63,369 bases of DNA, filler included, from Rhabdomonas costata (GCA_019059605.1; 37 parts of 37 records of this genome joined end to end with filler, not necessarily neighbours in it); one strand, 5' to 3'; shown: positions 10,842 to 23,700, counted from the first letter of the whole stretch. Made by a program: numbers and translations. The notes: generated from the sequence alone by a model not told the origin.

Positions 10842-11910
10842 CTGGCTAAGAAATCCGCTGCGTAATCGTCTCTGAGCTTGGGCAGGCGGTGGCGCAGATA
10901 CTCGCGAACATCCTGCGGCGGGGTGTACCGCATCCGTGTCTTGATATACCTGAACATACCCCCCCCCTCCTCCCGCGCTTCTTCCGCCCACAGAGAGAAT
11001 TTCGAAGAAAAAAAGAAAGGCAAGGCAAGAAGGCTCCCACAGATCCACAGCAGCACACATCCGGGTGGTTTCCTCAGGCACGACGTCAAGCTCCTGCTCG
11101 GTCGGGCTGCCGAAAGCCCGGAAGATAAGCTCCTGACAGGATGAACAAAAACGACCCCCCCCCCAACCCATACATTTTATTGTGAATAGTAAACCATTAA
11201 GTTGATCCTGTGATTGCCTATGCGAACCGTGGTCACTGCGTCGCAAGAACGCATCGAACAAAGGTTGTAAATGGCGAAGGTGGGACAACGCATTTCATCA
11301 TGAAACGTAACGTTCTTTTGGTATTTGAGAGCATCCTGGGGAGAGGGGCGTTTCGTCAACAAGAACGAAGATAACATAGCGGGAAGAAACGAACAGCTAT
11401 GAGCAGGTGCGGCGAATAAATGGCACATAAATATCGCGCTCACCCCCCCCCCCTAAAAAAAAGGGGAAAGTCAACCAGCTGGTCGAGGGAATTCCGCCCG
11501 TTGAAAAGGGGCACAGAGTCTCCCACCAGGAAGGCAAGCACGCAGCCCGCCGCCCAAATGTCAACGGCTTGGGAGTAACAGGGTACCTGTAAACATTTCG
11601 CGAGTCTATTTCCAAGAAAGTGCGATAAGCTGAACTTTTCCCTCCATGTTTTAAAGTGAAAATAGCGAAAAGCACCAGTAAACGAGACCGGCTGCGATGT
11701 GAAGCTACTCAGTTTTTGAAATCGAAGGGGGGGGGGGGAGAAAATTGATGATTTTCTCCCTTGTCTACCAGCGCAACACTGTCCCGATCGGTAATGGACA
11801 AAGTCAACCAAACGGAACGAAATCAATCAATGAAAAAAACGGGAACAAAAAAAAAGGAACGACCTCCATGATCAGCTCCGGGGCGCGGTAGTGCCTGGAG
11901 ACCACGTAGT
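10842..11910 (-). CDS. CMGC-group (MAPK-like) Ser/Thr kinase, subdomains VIII-X; exons 11910-11864, 11586-11476, 11132-11059, 10949-10842
   Basis: YVVSRHYRAPELIME|VPCYSQAVDIWAAGCVLAFL..PLFNGRNSLDQL|ELIFRAFGSPTEQEL...|YIK...DYAADFLAR. All introns are GT-AG and in phase. Confidence 0.9.
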
Positions 11911-12534
11911 NNNNNNNNNNNNNNNNNNNNNNNNNNNNNNNNNNNNNNNNNNNNTTAATTAATTAANNNNNNNNNNNNNNNNNNNNNNNNNNNNNNNNNN
12001 NNNNNNNNNNTGTTGTGGTGTTCCACTTCCATGCTAAATGACGGCCATTGGCCACAATATGCATGGAAGTGGAACAGCAGGACAGCAGCTGCGACACCCG
12101 GTGCTCTTGAAGCCATATGTTGTCCAGATCACCAGCCACTTTGCTGCATTGCTTGGCACCGGCAGCGAACCTAAAATGAGTGGCAGATCCAGATCACGAG
12201 AGAGACCGCTGAGAGCTCGCATGTGGCGTGCCGGGTGCTACCCCGTTTCCATATTTTCCGTGCGGAGAGTCGCAGGTTCAACCCCCGACTCCCCTTACCG
12301 CCTCGTCGTGGGAATGGGCCGGTGGGGTTTTATTTCAGTCTCTACCAGGATTTTTTAGGGGGTACTTGCTGTGATTAGATACTTGGCTTACAAGCCTCAC
12401 GTGGCTTGGTTGAACCGGGCTACTGTTAAGAAGGGGTTTGGAAGGTGCTCCATTTAACTGAACGGTCACCTTCACTTTTGTCTGATGTCAGGATGTTAAC
12501 TTCCGTTTTCTTTACTTTCGAATTTTCCTTGCAG

Positions 12535-13107
12535 ATGATGAGTGATCTTCGTGGACACATCGATGACTCCAAAGCCTTGCATGACAGAATCCTCAAAGAG
12601 CGGGTATCTGCTCTTTTTTTTCTCAGTGAGCCTCCATGTCGAAATCAGGAAATGAGGTTTTTCTCCCCTCCTCATGGGTGGTCGCGACCTTACGATAAAC
12701 TAAACTGCTGTCTGACTCTCTCTATCTCTCTCTCGGTGGATAGGAAAGTGCTCTCGCCTCGAAGGAGGATGCTCTGGCACACAAGGTGGAGGTGACCAAG
12801 GAGCTGACGGAGATGCTTGTGCAGCAAAAGGAGGCGGTACGTGTTTTTCTGAATATCAGGGCGCACGTTTTGTTTCAATGTGAAACGTACATGCATAGGT
12901 AGAACGAGGAATCCAATCTCCTTGCATCTGGATAGACATCTGGAAAAATGAATGAAAAATAAGAGAAAGGAAAAGTGAAAAAGTTGTCTTCGATTCTGCC
13001 TTTTGGTTTCCCATTCAGGTCGACAAGGAACGTGCGCGGCTTCAGGCTGTATTTGTGAACTTTGAGCTGGCCATTTCCTCATTTCAGAAGGAGCACGAGG
13101 AGGAGAG
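12535..13107 (+). CDS. Coiled-coil protein, partial (weak resemblance to the FBF1 C-terminal coil); exons 12535-12603, 12744-12836, 13019-13107
   Basis: MMSDLRGHIDDSKALHDRILKER|ESALASKEDALAHKVEVTKELTEMLVQQKEA|VDKERARLQAVFVNFELAISSFQKEHEEE, with phase-0 GT-AG introns. Confidence 0.65.
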
Positions 13108-15816
13108 GTGATTGCGTTTGTGTCTAGTTGCCTCCAATCGCTGAGTGGTAGAGCCTTGTCCACGCAAGCAAAGTTGGGTAGCTGTCCGATATGCCAACGG
13201 CACTAGTATCCACATGGCCCCCCCTCCTCCCTGCTGGATGTCTTGGGCCCAAAATCCATGAAAGTAATCCTGGTGGTACGGCCGCATGCCTCCCACGCGA
13301 GCATCTTGATGGAGCTGTGGCCACATCAGGAAGGCCGAGAACCGAACAGCGAGACAACCACGCGTGAAACCAACACCCAAGTACAGAAGCGAAAATTCCA
13401 GATGCCAAGATCACGCCGGGACCCACAAGCAGAAGCACAAGCAGAAGGGGAGTACAAGAACGCAGGAAAGCCCAAATGTAGAGAGAGAGAGAAAACCCAC
13501 ACGAAATTACAACATTAAAACATGGGCCGTAGTGATGCAAGCCTCTGCTAAGCCAAACCCTCTCATACATACACACAACCCAATGCATACATCCCATGAC
13601 CCTAGGCTATGCGTAACCCAACCCCNNNNNNNNNNNNNNNNNNNNNNNNNNNNNNNNNNNNNNNNNNNNTTAATTAATTAANNNNNNNNNNNNNNNNNNN
13701 NNNNNNNNNNNNNNNNNNNNNNNNNTTGTTGTTTGTGTTCCTGTTTGCTTTCTTGACTGCCGCCCCCCTCCCTCCAACCTTTCTTTTCGTTTCCCCGCAT
13801 CCCAGCACTGAGAGTGGGAAGTTTACTTAGAGAGAGGGTAGCGAGCGCACCAGTCGAATCAGTAACCCGGAGGCTATTTCCCATTCTGAAGAAGTGTCAG
13901 TGGCTCACTTTTCTAAGCCACACAACGGCAGATCAAGACAAGACGCAGGCTTAATAACAACTTGTCCCGTTTTCGCCGGGCATTTTGTGCCTGAATATTT
14001 TGCGACCACCGGGACATAGCCTCTCTGATGCAAGGGTCATCTTCGCAGCGACTTACCAGCGTCAGAAATGGGACCCAGGGGTTTCGTCACACAGAAATGC
14101 ACATGGCCAATGGCTTGTGTTTTTTGCTTGTAGGTGGGTGTGTGGGTGAGTGCTGGTTCCCCCCTGCGTGTGTGGAGGTACGGAGTGCTCGAGAGCAGCC
14201 TGTGCCGCTCGGCACAGCATTTGAAAGAAGTGGAGTGAGCAACAGAGAGAGCGGGTTAGGAGCTCTCATTTACAGCTCTCATTCCGCAGGTTTCACTGGC
14301 CCACAACCCCAACCTTTGCCCCTGTGGCCCTTTGCATTCGCACAGACGGTCTTCTTCCTCTTCTCCGAAGACGTCACTTCCTAGTCACTCCCTTTCACTG
14401 CGGGCGTCTAAGTTGCGTTGAGTTTGCCCACAGCCCGCAGGAAGGCAGGAGACGCTCGACTACCTCATGTAACCTGAAAAACTCATGAGGGCCTCACGTT
14501 TGCAGTGCTGAGCTAGAGCAAGACGGGCGCTGAACCGCGACTGTCAGGCGCAGGGCCTGGGCGAGTCCCTTGGGGGGGTGGGGCGCTCCTTCTCTCCGCC
14601 TCTCGCCCGCATTTTTCCATTTTTTTTCGGTCCTCTCGCTCTCTCAGGCCCACCCAGTTGTTGTTGTTTAGTGTCTACTGTTGTGGAATAGGAGCTGAGT
14701 GCACTCATTTTTTGATGGACTTTCCTGTGTTGTCTGCGTGTGTGTGCGTGTGCGTGGTTTGGAGCTCTTCGGTTGAAAGAACGAGGCTTTCTGGTGAAGA
14801 GTTAGGTAGGCAAAATTAATTGTGTGAACCTCGCACCAGCTAGAGCTTCAGCATGAAATAGCTTCGCCGTCGCTGCTGCCACTTCCACAACTTGCTGTTC
14901 ATCTCAGGCAGAACTATTTTCAGAACTATTTCGGTGGGAAAGGCTCACCCTTTTGAGTCGTTTCCAGTGATTACGTGGAAGAATAAGGTGTTTCCGATAA
15001 GTTTGATCCCTTCGTTCGGGTGCCCCGCTTCCCGGTCAGCCGGCTTCAATTCAAAATAATCCGTCGCACTCCCGAAATCACACATTTCGGGTCACTTCGG
15101 AATTTTAATCCAACTCACACCCGACACTTCACTTGAGATGGCAGCGGGTCAAAAGCACCCAAAACCAACCAGGTGATGGTGTTGGCCTCTCCTTCGCGCT
15201 CCCCTTCCAAGGTTCGGAGACTCAACTGGGGAGTTTTTGGGAAGTCGGGACTTATCCTTTTTTTTTGGGCAAAAAAAGCTTTCTGTCAACGTTCTGCGCG
15301 CCCTCTCTTAGTCCATTTCCATCAATTTCCGTCGCACCCCCNNNNNNNNNNNNNNNNNNNNNNNNNNNNNNNNNNNNNNNNNNNNTTAATTAATTAANNN
15401 NNNNNNNNNNNNNNNNNNNNNNNNNNNNNNNNNNNNNNNNNGGGGGGTTGGTCGCTGCTGCGCGGTATTGGGGCCGGTCCTGGGCAGTCCACTCCGGGTT
15501 CCGTGCGAGCGGAACGCTGAACACTACCAGCAGCCTTGCGCTGAAGCCCGTTCGTGGGTAGGTTCGTAGAGCTTCCCGTCCTGGTTGTTGTTCAGGCTGC
15601 CGCCTCGCGACAGCCCATTGCCCTTTGTTTTTCCTTCTGCACACTCTGCGTTGGAGGGCTTCGAGTCCCCCAGCTTGCGGGGTCCTCTTCTTTCCTTCTT
15701 CCTTCGCATTCGCTGTAAGTTTTTTGTCTCTGCGTGGACCCCCACTGTCGAGCTCCACGAAATGTTTTGAAGTCCAAGGAAAGTATGAAATGTCTTGCTT
15801 GTTGAATTTTCTTCAG

Positions 15817-16704
15817 GAACTACGATCCAGGCCGGCCACAGTGGAGCCAGCCTCAGTTTCAGCAGCAGCAAGTGTACAGTTCATACCCAGCTCCTCCGCA
15901 ATTCAATGGTGGCGTTCAGCAGGGATACGGGTGCGCTCCTGCTGCGTTTCCTCCTTGTTTTCAGCGAGAAGATCTGCGGAAGACCTGCACTTACTTACTT
16001 TTGCTCAGGGTAGCGCAGAGCCCCATGGCTCAGTGGGGCCAGCAGCCGCAGCCCGCGCAGCTTTATCAACCGCAGCCAGAACCTACCCAGTATTATCAAT
16101 CGCAGCACCAGATTGCAGATCAGTTTTGTACCCCTGGTTCTTCTGTAAGGTTTGTTTTATTTTTTGGTTGTTGGTGAGCATGTCAATGGCCAATGCCCTC
16201 TGACAGCACTTCGAAACCTAGAAACAAACGCCAGAGCATTGATTTACAGAGGACACGGGGAAAGAGGAGTTGACACGCGTGTGGTTCGTAAAATTTTTGT
16301 GAATGTAGCAAAGTCGAAGCGGGTGAGGTTTTTTGTATTTAGTCTGGGCTTCCCAAATCGCTGCGTTGGCTGTTGGATGTTGCCAGGGAAAGCTTCACCT
16401 TTTTGCAGTTACGAAAACTATGGAAGCCAGGCTCATGTCCCACGAGGGGAATCCCCGGGACCTCGCGCACAGTATGAAATGGGGCCAACCGAAGAACAGC
16501 CTGTCTACGATCTGCCCCGCGAGTTTGAACCCAGAGGAACGATGGGTCGGCGCAGCCGCTCTCATGATCCTGGAAAGGTCCCTCCCTCTCCATTTTGGGG
16601 TGCAGTTACTCTTCCAAAGTTTGTTATGTTTTGCTTTTTTTTTTCGCCTTTCTCAAACTTTTTTTTTGCCACAGAAGGGTAAGCGGCAGTCAATTCGGGA
16701 AGAG
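15817..16704 (+). CDS. Q/P/Y/G-rich low-complexity protein, partial; exons 15817-15930, 16009-16122, 16409-16577, 16675-16704
   Basis: The frame stays open across three GT-AG introns: NYDPGRPQWSQPQFQQQQVY...GVAQSPMAQWGQQPQP...YENYGSQ...KGKRQSIREE. Confidence 0.65.
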
Positions 16705-17198
16705 GTTCGGGACGGATCCAGTATAAGGGGTTTGCCTCCTGCACCAGCTCGGTGTGCTACCTTGTCAGCCCACTTGTGCTCTCTGTTCAGGGCGCCCCCA
16801 GGTTGTCTCACCTCCTCGGTGAATGCTGCAGTGGATGACAGACGGAGATTAAACCCCGCGTTCCGATCACAAGCAACATCGAATTGCACCGGGCAGGGAA
16901 CACAGGGGAACGTTGTGCTCGTTGGGGGTCACACATCAGTGTACGGTTTGCAAAGGCTACCGAATGCTTGAGCTTGGTGCTCTCCAAATGCGCCTGTTAC
17001 CTCAAGTTCACTCCTCACCAAGCAAAAGCCAGAAGGCGATAGTAACCACAAAAAACANNNNNNNNNNNNNNNNNNNNNNNNNNNNNNNNNNNNNNNNNNN
17101 NTTAATTAATTAANNNNNNNNNNNNNNNNNNNNNNNNNNNNNNNNNNNNNNNNNNNNGTTGGGTGTGAGAGGTTGACTCTCAACGCTTTTTCTTGCAG

Positions 17199-18213
17199 GA
17201 ATGCCCCGGACCCGGTGCGGCTGTATCAGCACGCCGCCGTCCTGGCCGCTGTGCGGGGCCAGCAGAAGCTGGCGGAGCTGCGGGAGCAGTGGGAGCGTGC
17301 CGGGATGCCCGCACTGCGGTGCCGGGTGGGAATCCACTGCGGGCCCGTGCTAGTGGGAAACTACGGTTGCGATGAGAAGATGGCATGTGGCCATGTGTGT
17401 CATGTGTGCGTTTCTGATGTGCTGCACAGTGGCACAAACCTGCTAATGGTGAAAGGACTAATGGAGGAGCGTCTCGGGAAGCCTGTTTTGTGTAAATGGA
17501 CCCCAGGCCTGCCAGCGCTTTGCCCTTCACCGATGTGCGGTTTGAGTGAATTATTTTGTTGTTCATCAAAATCTGAACCGCAAGCCTTAGTCACGAAAAA
17601 AAATATCTACATAAACGGCAGACCACACAAGCAAAGACCGGGCAATGTCCAGAGATGAAGCACGACCAAACAAAACCAACGACGCGCTACGAAAGGGGGA
17701 GCCGAGGCGCGGTCCCTGTATAACGGGATTATTCGAACGAAACCCCCGAGCAACAGTTATTGATCAAAATTTATTAGTTGCTGCCTGCAGATGTTGTGCT
17801 TGTTCTATTCTTTTGACGTTGTGATTTGACAATATGCCTTCTCGTCGCAACTCAAAAATTGTGGTTGTGATTTGCAGTTTGAATTGCGATTGGGATAGAG
17901 CTTTTGAGGTGCTAATGGAAGAATCTGTGACGTGGGCGTGACCTTCACTTTCCTTCACTTTCGTTTTCTCCTCTTTTACAGCCTATTGTAAGGGAGTACA
18001 TTTGAAGCTCTCTAACCCCTTAATCATCGGGAAACACTTGCAGTGGCGGGATTATTGCCCGGGGAGCGGAGGTGGGCGTCTGAATTGGATTTCTTCACTC
18101 CACCTCACATTACGATGCAGGACTACACCATCATTGGGGACCCTGTCAACCTCGCCTCCCGCCTTGAGGGCCTAAACAAGAAGTACGAGACCACGGTGAT
18201 GATCTCCGAAGAG
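17199..18213 (+). CDS. Class III adenylate/guanylate cyclase catalytic domain, partial; exons 17199-17382 and 18121-18213
   Basis: (W)NAP...LRCRVGIHCGPVLVGNYGCDEKM|DYTIIGDPVNLASRLEGLNKKYETTVMISEE, which contains the GIHxG and GDxVNxASRLE motifs. The best junction uses a GC-AG intron. Confidence 0.93.
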
Positions 18214-19779
18214 GTCTGCGGTCAGCTGCCATCCCTTAAGGAATCCAGTACCAGCAGTTGACGGGTCGCTTCACTCCCCCAACGTTTCCTCGCTATGTGT
18301 AGAAAAATGGCATGACTGAGAGTCGGCGCTTATCAAGTGAAGCCGACACCCAACGCAGGACAGCTTCCAACCACGCCTTCCTGCTCCACCATAGCTTGGG
18401 CCCGCAGTTGCGGCCATCGTGTCTATCGAGAACAGCCACTGCAAGAATGCGGGTACTTAATAGTTCTCGACTGCCATCTCCAATGCCCGTCTATTGAGGT
18501 TTCCCTTTCAAAACGTCCAAAGCACTATGTGCTCCCCACCTTCACCGGAAGCTGCGCCATTGTTGCTCCTTTCTTGAACGCCGACTGTCGCTGATAGTTA
18601 TAGTTGCACTCCCTTGATGAGGCCACCACTCACTACGGTAGGGTGCGCTTAGGTCATACGGTGAACCACACGCGTATGTATCTTAGTAGTAGATGTGGTA
18701 GCCCCACGTTGAACCTAGGGTATGTTGTGTGTGTAGTAGCTCAGGGCCTAAGTTCAACGTGGGGCTACCACACAAACNNNNNNNNNNNNNNNNNNNNNNN
18801 NNNNNNNNNNNNNNNNNNNNNTTAATTAATTAANNNNNNNNNNNNNNNNNNNNNNNNNNNNNNNNNNNNNNNNNNNNTTGAGGGTAATCTTATAAATGGG
18901 CGTAATATTCCCTATGGGAAGAACTGACAGAATAAGAATATAGTGAATGAACCACTTTTTTCTGAGCTACTTTCTCTTTTGAGTTTGGCTGTGTTTGAGC
19001 TTGGTACCACTGCAGTACTTCGCTCAATCCCACCGGGTTTTTCTGCTACCACCGTGCAGGCAAAGCTGCGGTGGTTGCGGCTCACTCGGGCGCGAGCCGG
19101 TTTTGTGTGGTAGCGAGTGAGGAGAAATATAATTTTGCCGACTGTCATCCGAGAGCACAGGGTGAAAATCACGTGCAAAACCCGGATCGAGCCCGCACCC
19201 CGCAGAGCGAGGGCTGTGCGGAGGTCTGCGCTGCGGTATCTACAGGGGTTGCCGTGCCAGCACATCGCTCTATAGTTGCGTTGCGGGCTATTCCTGCCCT
19301 CTTCCGCTGAGCCTCCGGTACTTCGAGGTTGCCTCATTGATTCCTTGCCCTGGTGCGTCTGCGAGTACTCTGGCTTCCCGTTGGCCCTAGCATAAGGGCG
19401 TTGATTTCTTGAGATGCTCGATGGTCCGCTTTTACTTCTGCGCACGTCTGTGTGTGGGGTGCTGGAACCTTCCCGTCTTTGGCTCAAATCATTTCATTGC
19501 TGCTTGACTTGTTAATGAGTCCAAATCAAACACTTCAATTGACCGAACCACGAAGAACCCCATGATCTCGATGGAAACCACGCGCGATTCCCGGGATAGT
19601 CAAACCAAGGCACTCCAGCATCCTACATCTAGGACGTCCATCAGATATGTAAGGGACGCCACCCCCACCCCAACCCCCCACTGCTGCAGCGGGCCTGCAC
19701 TCCTTCAATGAGCTCAGCGTGCACCCCCAACGTAAAGCAGGGTAAAAGGGCATGCACACCGGACTGGGTTGGCAGGGAC

Positions 19780-20355
19780 CTTCTTCCTCCAGCTGTTGAA
19801 GAACTTCTTCAGGTTCCCCACAACCTCCTGCTTGTCCTCATCCCATAACTCCCCCAGCTTCCGCGAGGCTTGCTGCTTTAGCTCCTCCACTGTGGCGCAC
19901 AGGTCGTTGGCTTTCGTGACAGCCTTCTCTGTGTAGTACTCCGTCAGATCGCCCGCCCTCTCTGTGAGATCGTTGGTCACACTGGCCGCGGTCTCCGCAA
20001 CCTGTGCCTTCAGCTCGTCCACACTGTCGCTGAGCTCATGGGCCTTCACCGCAGCCTTCTCTACGTAGTACTCCTTCAGGTCCGCCGCCCTATCGGTGAG
20101 GTCGGTGGCCATCTCCTGCAAGCTGGCGGCCTGCTCGCCCACCGCTGCGGTGAGATTGGTAGCGATGCCCTGCAAGGCTGCGGTATTCTCGGCGGCAGTT
20201 TGCTTCAAATCTTCAACATGCTCAGCAGCCACGCTTTGGATGATTCCAGCATTCTCGGTGGTTTTGTCACAGTAATAATCCTTGAGGTCGCCCGCCCGCT
20301 CGGCAAGGTCCCCGACGATCTCGCGAAGCCCAGCCGCAGCCTCAGAGGCTTTCTT
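19780..20355 (-). CDS. LEA/apolipoprotein-like helical repeat protein, one 192-codon exon
   Basis: Three imperfect repeats DL(A/T)(E/D)RA(G/A)DL(K/T)(D/E)YY.(D/E)K in an A/E/K/T/D-rich amphipathic sequence, bounded by CAG and GT. Confidence 0.7.
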
Positions 20356-20624
20356 CTGGGAACCACACAGTGCCACAAGGACGGCAGCGAATGAACATCG
20401 AATGACCGAATGGCCCAGCTTTAGTTCTGTACCATTTAATGGTACAGAATAGAGTGCGACCAGAAGACTGGCATCGAAAATGGTCCAACCACANNNNNNN
20501 NNNNNNNNNNNNNNNNNNNNNNNNNNNNNNNNNNNNNTTAATTAATTAANNNNNNNNNNNNNNNNNNNNNNNNNNNNNNNNNNNNNNNNNNNNGGTGGTT
20601 GGGTGGGTGCGAGGATTTTCTCAC

Positions 20625-20763
20625 CAGCCAAGGTGGAAGCCTAGCCCCAACACGGCCAGCATCAGCAGGGTCTGCCGTTGCATCTCTGCCAGGAGCGAAC
20701 TGACCGAGGGGTCAGTGTCCAGCAGGTTGGACACGCTCAAACTGTTAATTGGCCACACCCTCA
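20625..20763 (-). CDS. Possible first exon of a membrane or secreted protein
   Basis: MRVWPINSLSV...QTLLMLAVLGLGFHLG ends at a GTGAGA donor and carries a hydrophobic segment. Confidence 0.3.
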
Positions 20764-21220
20764 TTTTCGCTGCGAGAGTGTGTCTTCCGCTCACTGCGTG
20801 CAGACCACACAGGCACAGGTACGCGAGGAAACGTGAGGGTGGGGCACACCAAAAAGGAAAAAGGCACGGGGTGAACAGGTACAATGGTGGAAGGGTTGCA
20901 CGTGGAATGATGCACTAGGCAAGGTACAGAAAAGCGGACAAACACGCAAGAACAAAAAAGATCGAAGGATCAAGCTGTGGTTTTGCACGAGGTGGTGGAC
21001 AGTAAAGAAATGAGCGCGTAATTGCTTTCGATTTCGAGGCATCAAACACGCTGTAAACGATCTGAAGCAAGACGAAACCCGGGAAAAAGACAATAAAGGG
21101 ACAAAAACAGTTCTACCTTTCACACCTCATGCCAAACTACCGAGAAGATTCTCATGATTCTAATTCCTCAGTCCCCCTTTCCTTTCTGGCCAACAATATT
21201 GATTCACAAGCGCCCAAGCT

Positions 21221-22173
21221 TCATCGTCGGCGAGGTTTGCCCTTTCCCCCGCTATTGCTATGTCCCCCACCCTTGCCAGGTCCCCCAGGTGGGGGTTTGG
21301 GTACAAGGCCCTTCTTCTCGGGAGGAGCTTGGGCTTTGTCCCCTTGTCCCGCTTGTCCGCGGGCCAATGGCCCGCTCTTGCTGCCCTTTGCGAGGGCTGC
21401 GGCGACTACCGCGCAGCATTGGGGGCACGCTGCCTCGGGAGGATGCTGGGGTGCGCCATCCTCTGTCTCCAAGGGAAGGAACCAGCGCTCACACTTCGGG
21501 CACTGCCACCGGCACTCGAGGGGAATGGGCTCCAGAACCCCAGCGGGAAGATATGCTGCATGCAAACAGAGCTGGGGCCTCAGCCATTCCAAAAACGCAG
21601 AGGATATCGAAGTCTAATTCTAAATCAAAACCGTAATCTACATTCAAATCTAAAGTTAGGTATACCTCCTCAAACCCCAAATCTGATATTGAAATTCCAG
21701 GGGGCGCACATACAGTGTCCTCTAGTCCAACCCAAAAATAGTCTTTGGGAAACCAAGAGACCCCCACCCCCCGGAGGGGGGGGGACCAAAATATGGAAGC
21801 GCCCAATATGAAACCAACTTGCGGTAGAGATAGCAAACGAATGAATTGGGGCGACCAACGAAGAAATGAACGGCTACTCAGAGGGGCAATAGGACAATAA
21901 TAATGCAGGATAGTGCTGCCACCAAAAAAAATAGTAAACGCGATGTCAAGGGGAACGGAAACCAGGGAAGCGAAATGCGAAAACGAAATGGAAACCGTTG
22001 CGTTCGTATTCGTCGAAGCGACGGCTCGCCTTGGAGCGGAAGCAGTCCAGGTAGCGTCCACTGGCCTCCACAATGAGTTCTTGGAGCGAGTTTGTCTCCA
22101 CCAAAGGCCACAGGTGATCATAAATCGTGAACAGCTCCGAGACATCCCCAGCAGCGTATCTCAGCAAAGATGA
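21221..22173 (-). CDS. DEDDy 3'-5' exonuclease (EXD1/Egalitarian-like) C-terminus plus a CxxC...CxxC Zn finger; exons 22173-21996 and 21555-21221
   Basis: LLRYAAGDV is the ExoIII YxxxD motif. It is followed by RRFDEYERNAYLP, CPKC...CPQC and a G/K/P-rich tail ending at a stop. The GT-AG intron is in phase. Confidence 0.72.
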
Positions 22174-22371
22174 CTGAAGACAAGAAAAATATATATCGAA
22201 AACCAAACCNNNNNNNNNNNNNNNNNNNNNNNNNNNNNNNNNNNNNNNNNNNNTTAATTAATTAANNNNNNNNNNNNNNNNNNNNNNNNNNNNNNNNNNN
22301 NNNNNNNNNGTTGGTGTGTCGGAATATGAGGTTGAAAATTGCCCAACGCAATGGTTTGAACACACCACACC

Positions 22372-23700
22372 TTCAAACCATTGCGTTGGGCAATTTTCAA
22401 CCTCATATTCCGACACGTCAGGTCAAAAAGCCCCAAAATACTTCCTAAGCCCCTTTTGATTCTCGATTCAACTTGAGGTAGAAAGTCTTGAAGATTCAAT
22501 TTGTAGAAATCTTCTTCAAACTCCGAATGAATCTCGACCATCACCATGTCGGCGTCGAAATCATTCCAACTGCTTGGAAGTTCTTTGATCCACAGTGCTC
22601 TCGTCGTCAAGATAGTTCTTGTAAGATTGCAACCTACTCCGCTTTCAACATTCTGGTTGTGGTTGGATTCTTTTTTCGCCGCGCCCAGTTTCCTACTGTG
22701 CTTCCGGCGCTCCAACTCTACGAAAATAGCCTCTCACCTCGATTTCTCTGCTGTTTTCTCTTTCCTTCATCTTACGAACCTGCAATCTTTCTTCCGCAAA
22801 CTCCGCTTCTTCCTTTTGGCTGCACTTCCATTTCTCTATTTTCCTCGGCATTTTGCTCAAACTCCGCATTTTGACTGCTGCTATTGATGGCCATTTTGCT
22901 TCTCTTTTGATCCCTCCCTTTTTTCCCTGCTTCTCGCTGTCTCTCCGCTTCGGCCTTCTTTTTCCCACTTTTCTCTCTCATGATATATGCTCTGGCTCTC
23001 TGCTTCTGGCTTTTATGTTGTCCTTTTTGGCTCTGGATGCTTTTCTCTCTTTTCTTTGCCCTGCATTGCACTATCTGCGCTGATCTCGGATGCCTCTCCT
23101 ATGCCATCATTTCGCGTGGTTGTTCTTCTTCAGCTTTTCGTCCCACTCTGCTTCTTCTCGTCGGCTTGCCATCATGCACCGTGGTCCCACTGCGCTTTTA
23201 CAACTCTTCTGCACAAAACCGCCGCCTGCTGCACTTTTTCGCCACCTTCATGTCCTCCCGGAGCTGATTTTCACGGCCCTCTGGCTCAACTTCTCCAAAC
23301 CTGACCGGCCAACTTTGTGTGCCCTACTCAACGGCGTCCTCCGGAACGGCTCTCCTCATCATCTCTCCTTCTTGTTTTCCGCAGCCTTCGGTGCCAGCAC
23401 TCTTCTTAACGCTTCAGCTTGACCGCCTCTTCTCCTAAAACTCTCTTTGGGAAACATCTTTTCCGATAAACCTGTTTTTCAACAGTTGCTTCTCCACTGG
23501 CCTGTGCACTGCACCACTGCTTTTCCCAAAAGCTGTCATTACAAACTGCCTGCTGCTGACTCGCTTTTTTACTGCTCTCGAACAGATTTACGAATTTCTT
23601 AAACACATTCAAATACTCAACTGATCTGTGCTCTTTAAAACGATCTCCTCTGAGATCCTCACCAACTTCTGCGACTAACCAAGCTCCAGGACACTACAAC
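22372..23700 (-). pseudogene. Intronless, frameshifted K/R/E-rich coding remnant, possibly a decayed retroelement ORF1
   Basis: Strong purine skew and overlapping broken ORFs, with a more globular part (RALWIKELPSSWNDFDAD...). No splice pattern is visible. Confidence 0.3.

Noticed and set aside
11059..11062. Apparent GA donor in the kinase gene
   Set aside because: A canonical GT donor three bases later (AT|GTGTGC) keeps the frame.
12535..12560. RTGATGA box C-like motifs (also at about 7540, 7688, 51108, 52871, 55852) as C/D snoRNAs
   Set aside because: No suitably placed CTGA box D with a terminal stem was found, and this instance lies in a coding exon.
14619..14631. ATTTTTTTTCG|GT resembles the 3' end of the Euglena spliced leader plus its donor
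   Set aside because: The upstream part of the leader does not match, and the hit is low-complexity sequence within a pyrimidine tract.
20425..20449. 12-bp palindrome TTCTGTACCATT-T-AATGGTACAGAA
   Set aside because: Short, isolated and close to a contig end. Bacterial terminator or operator logic does not apply here.
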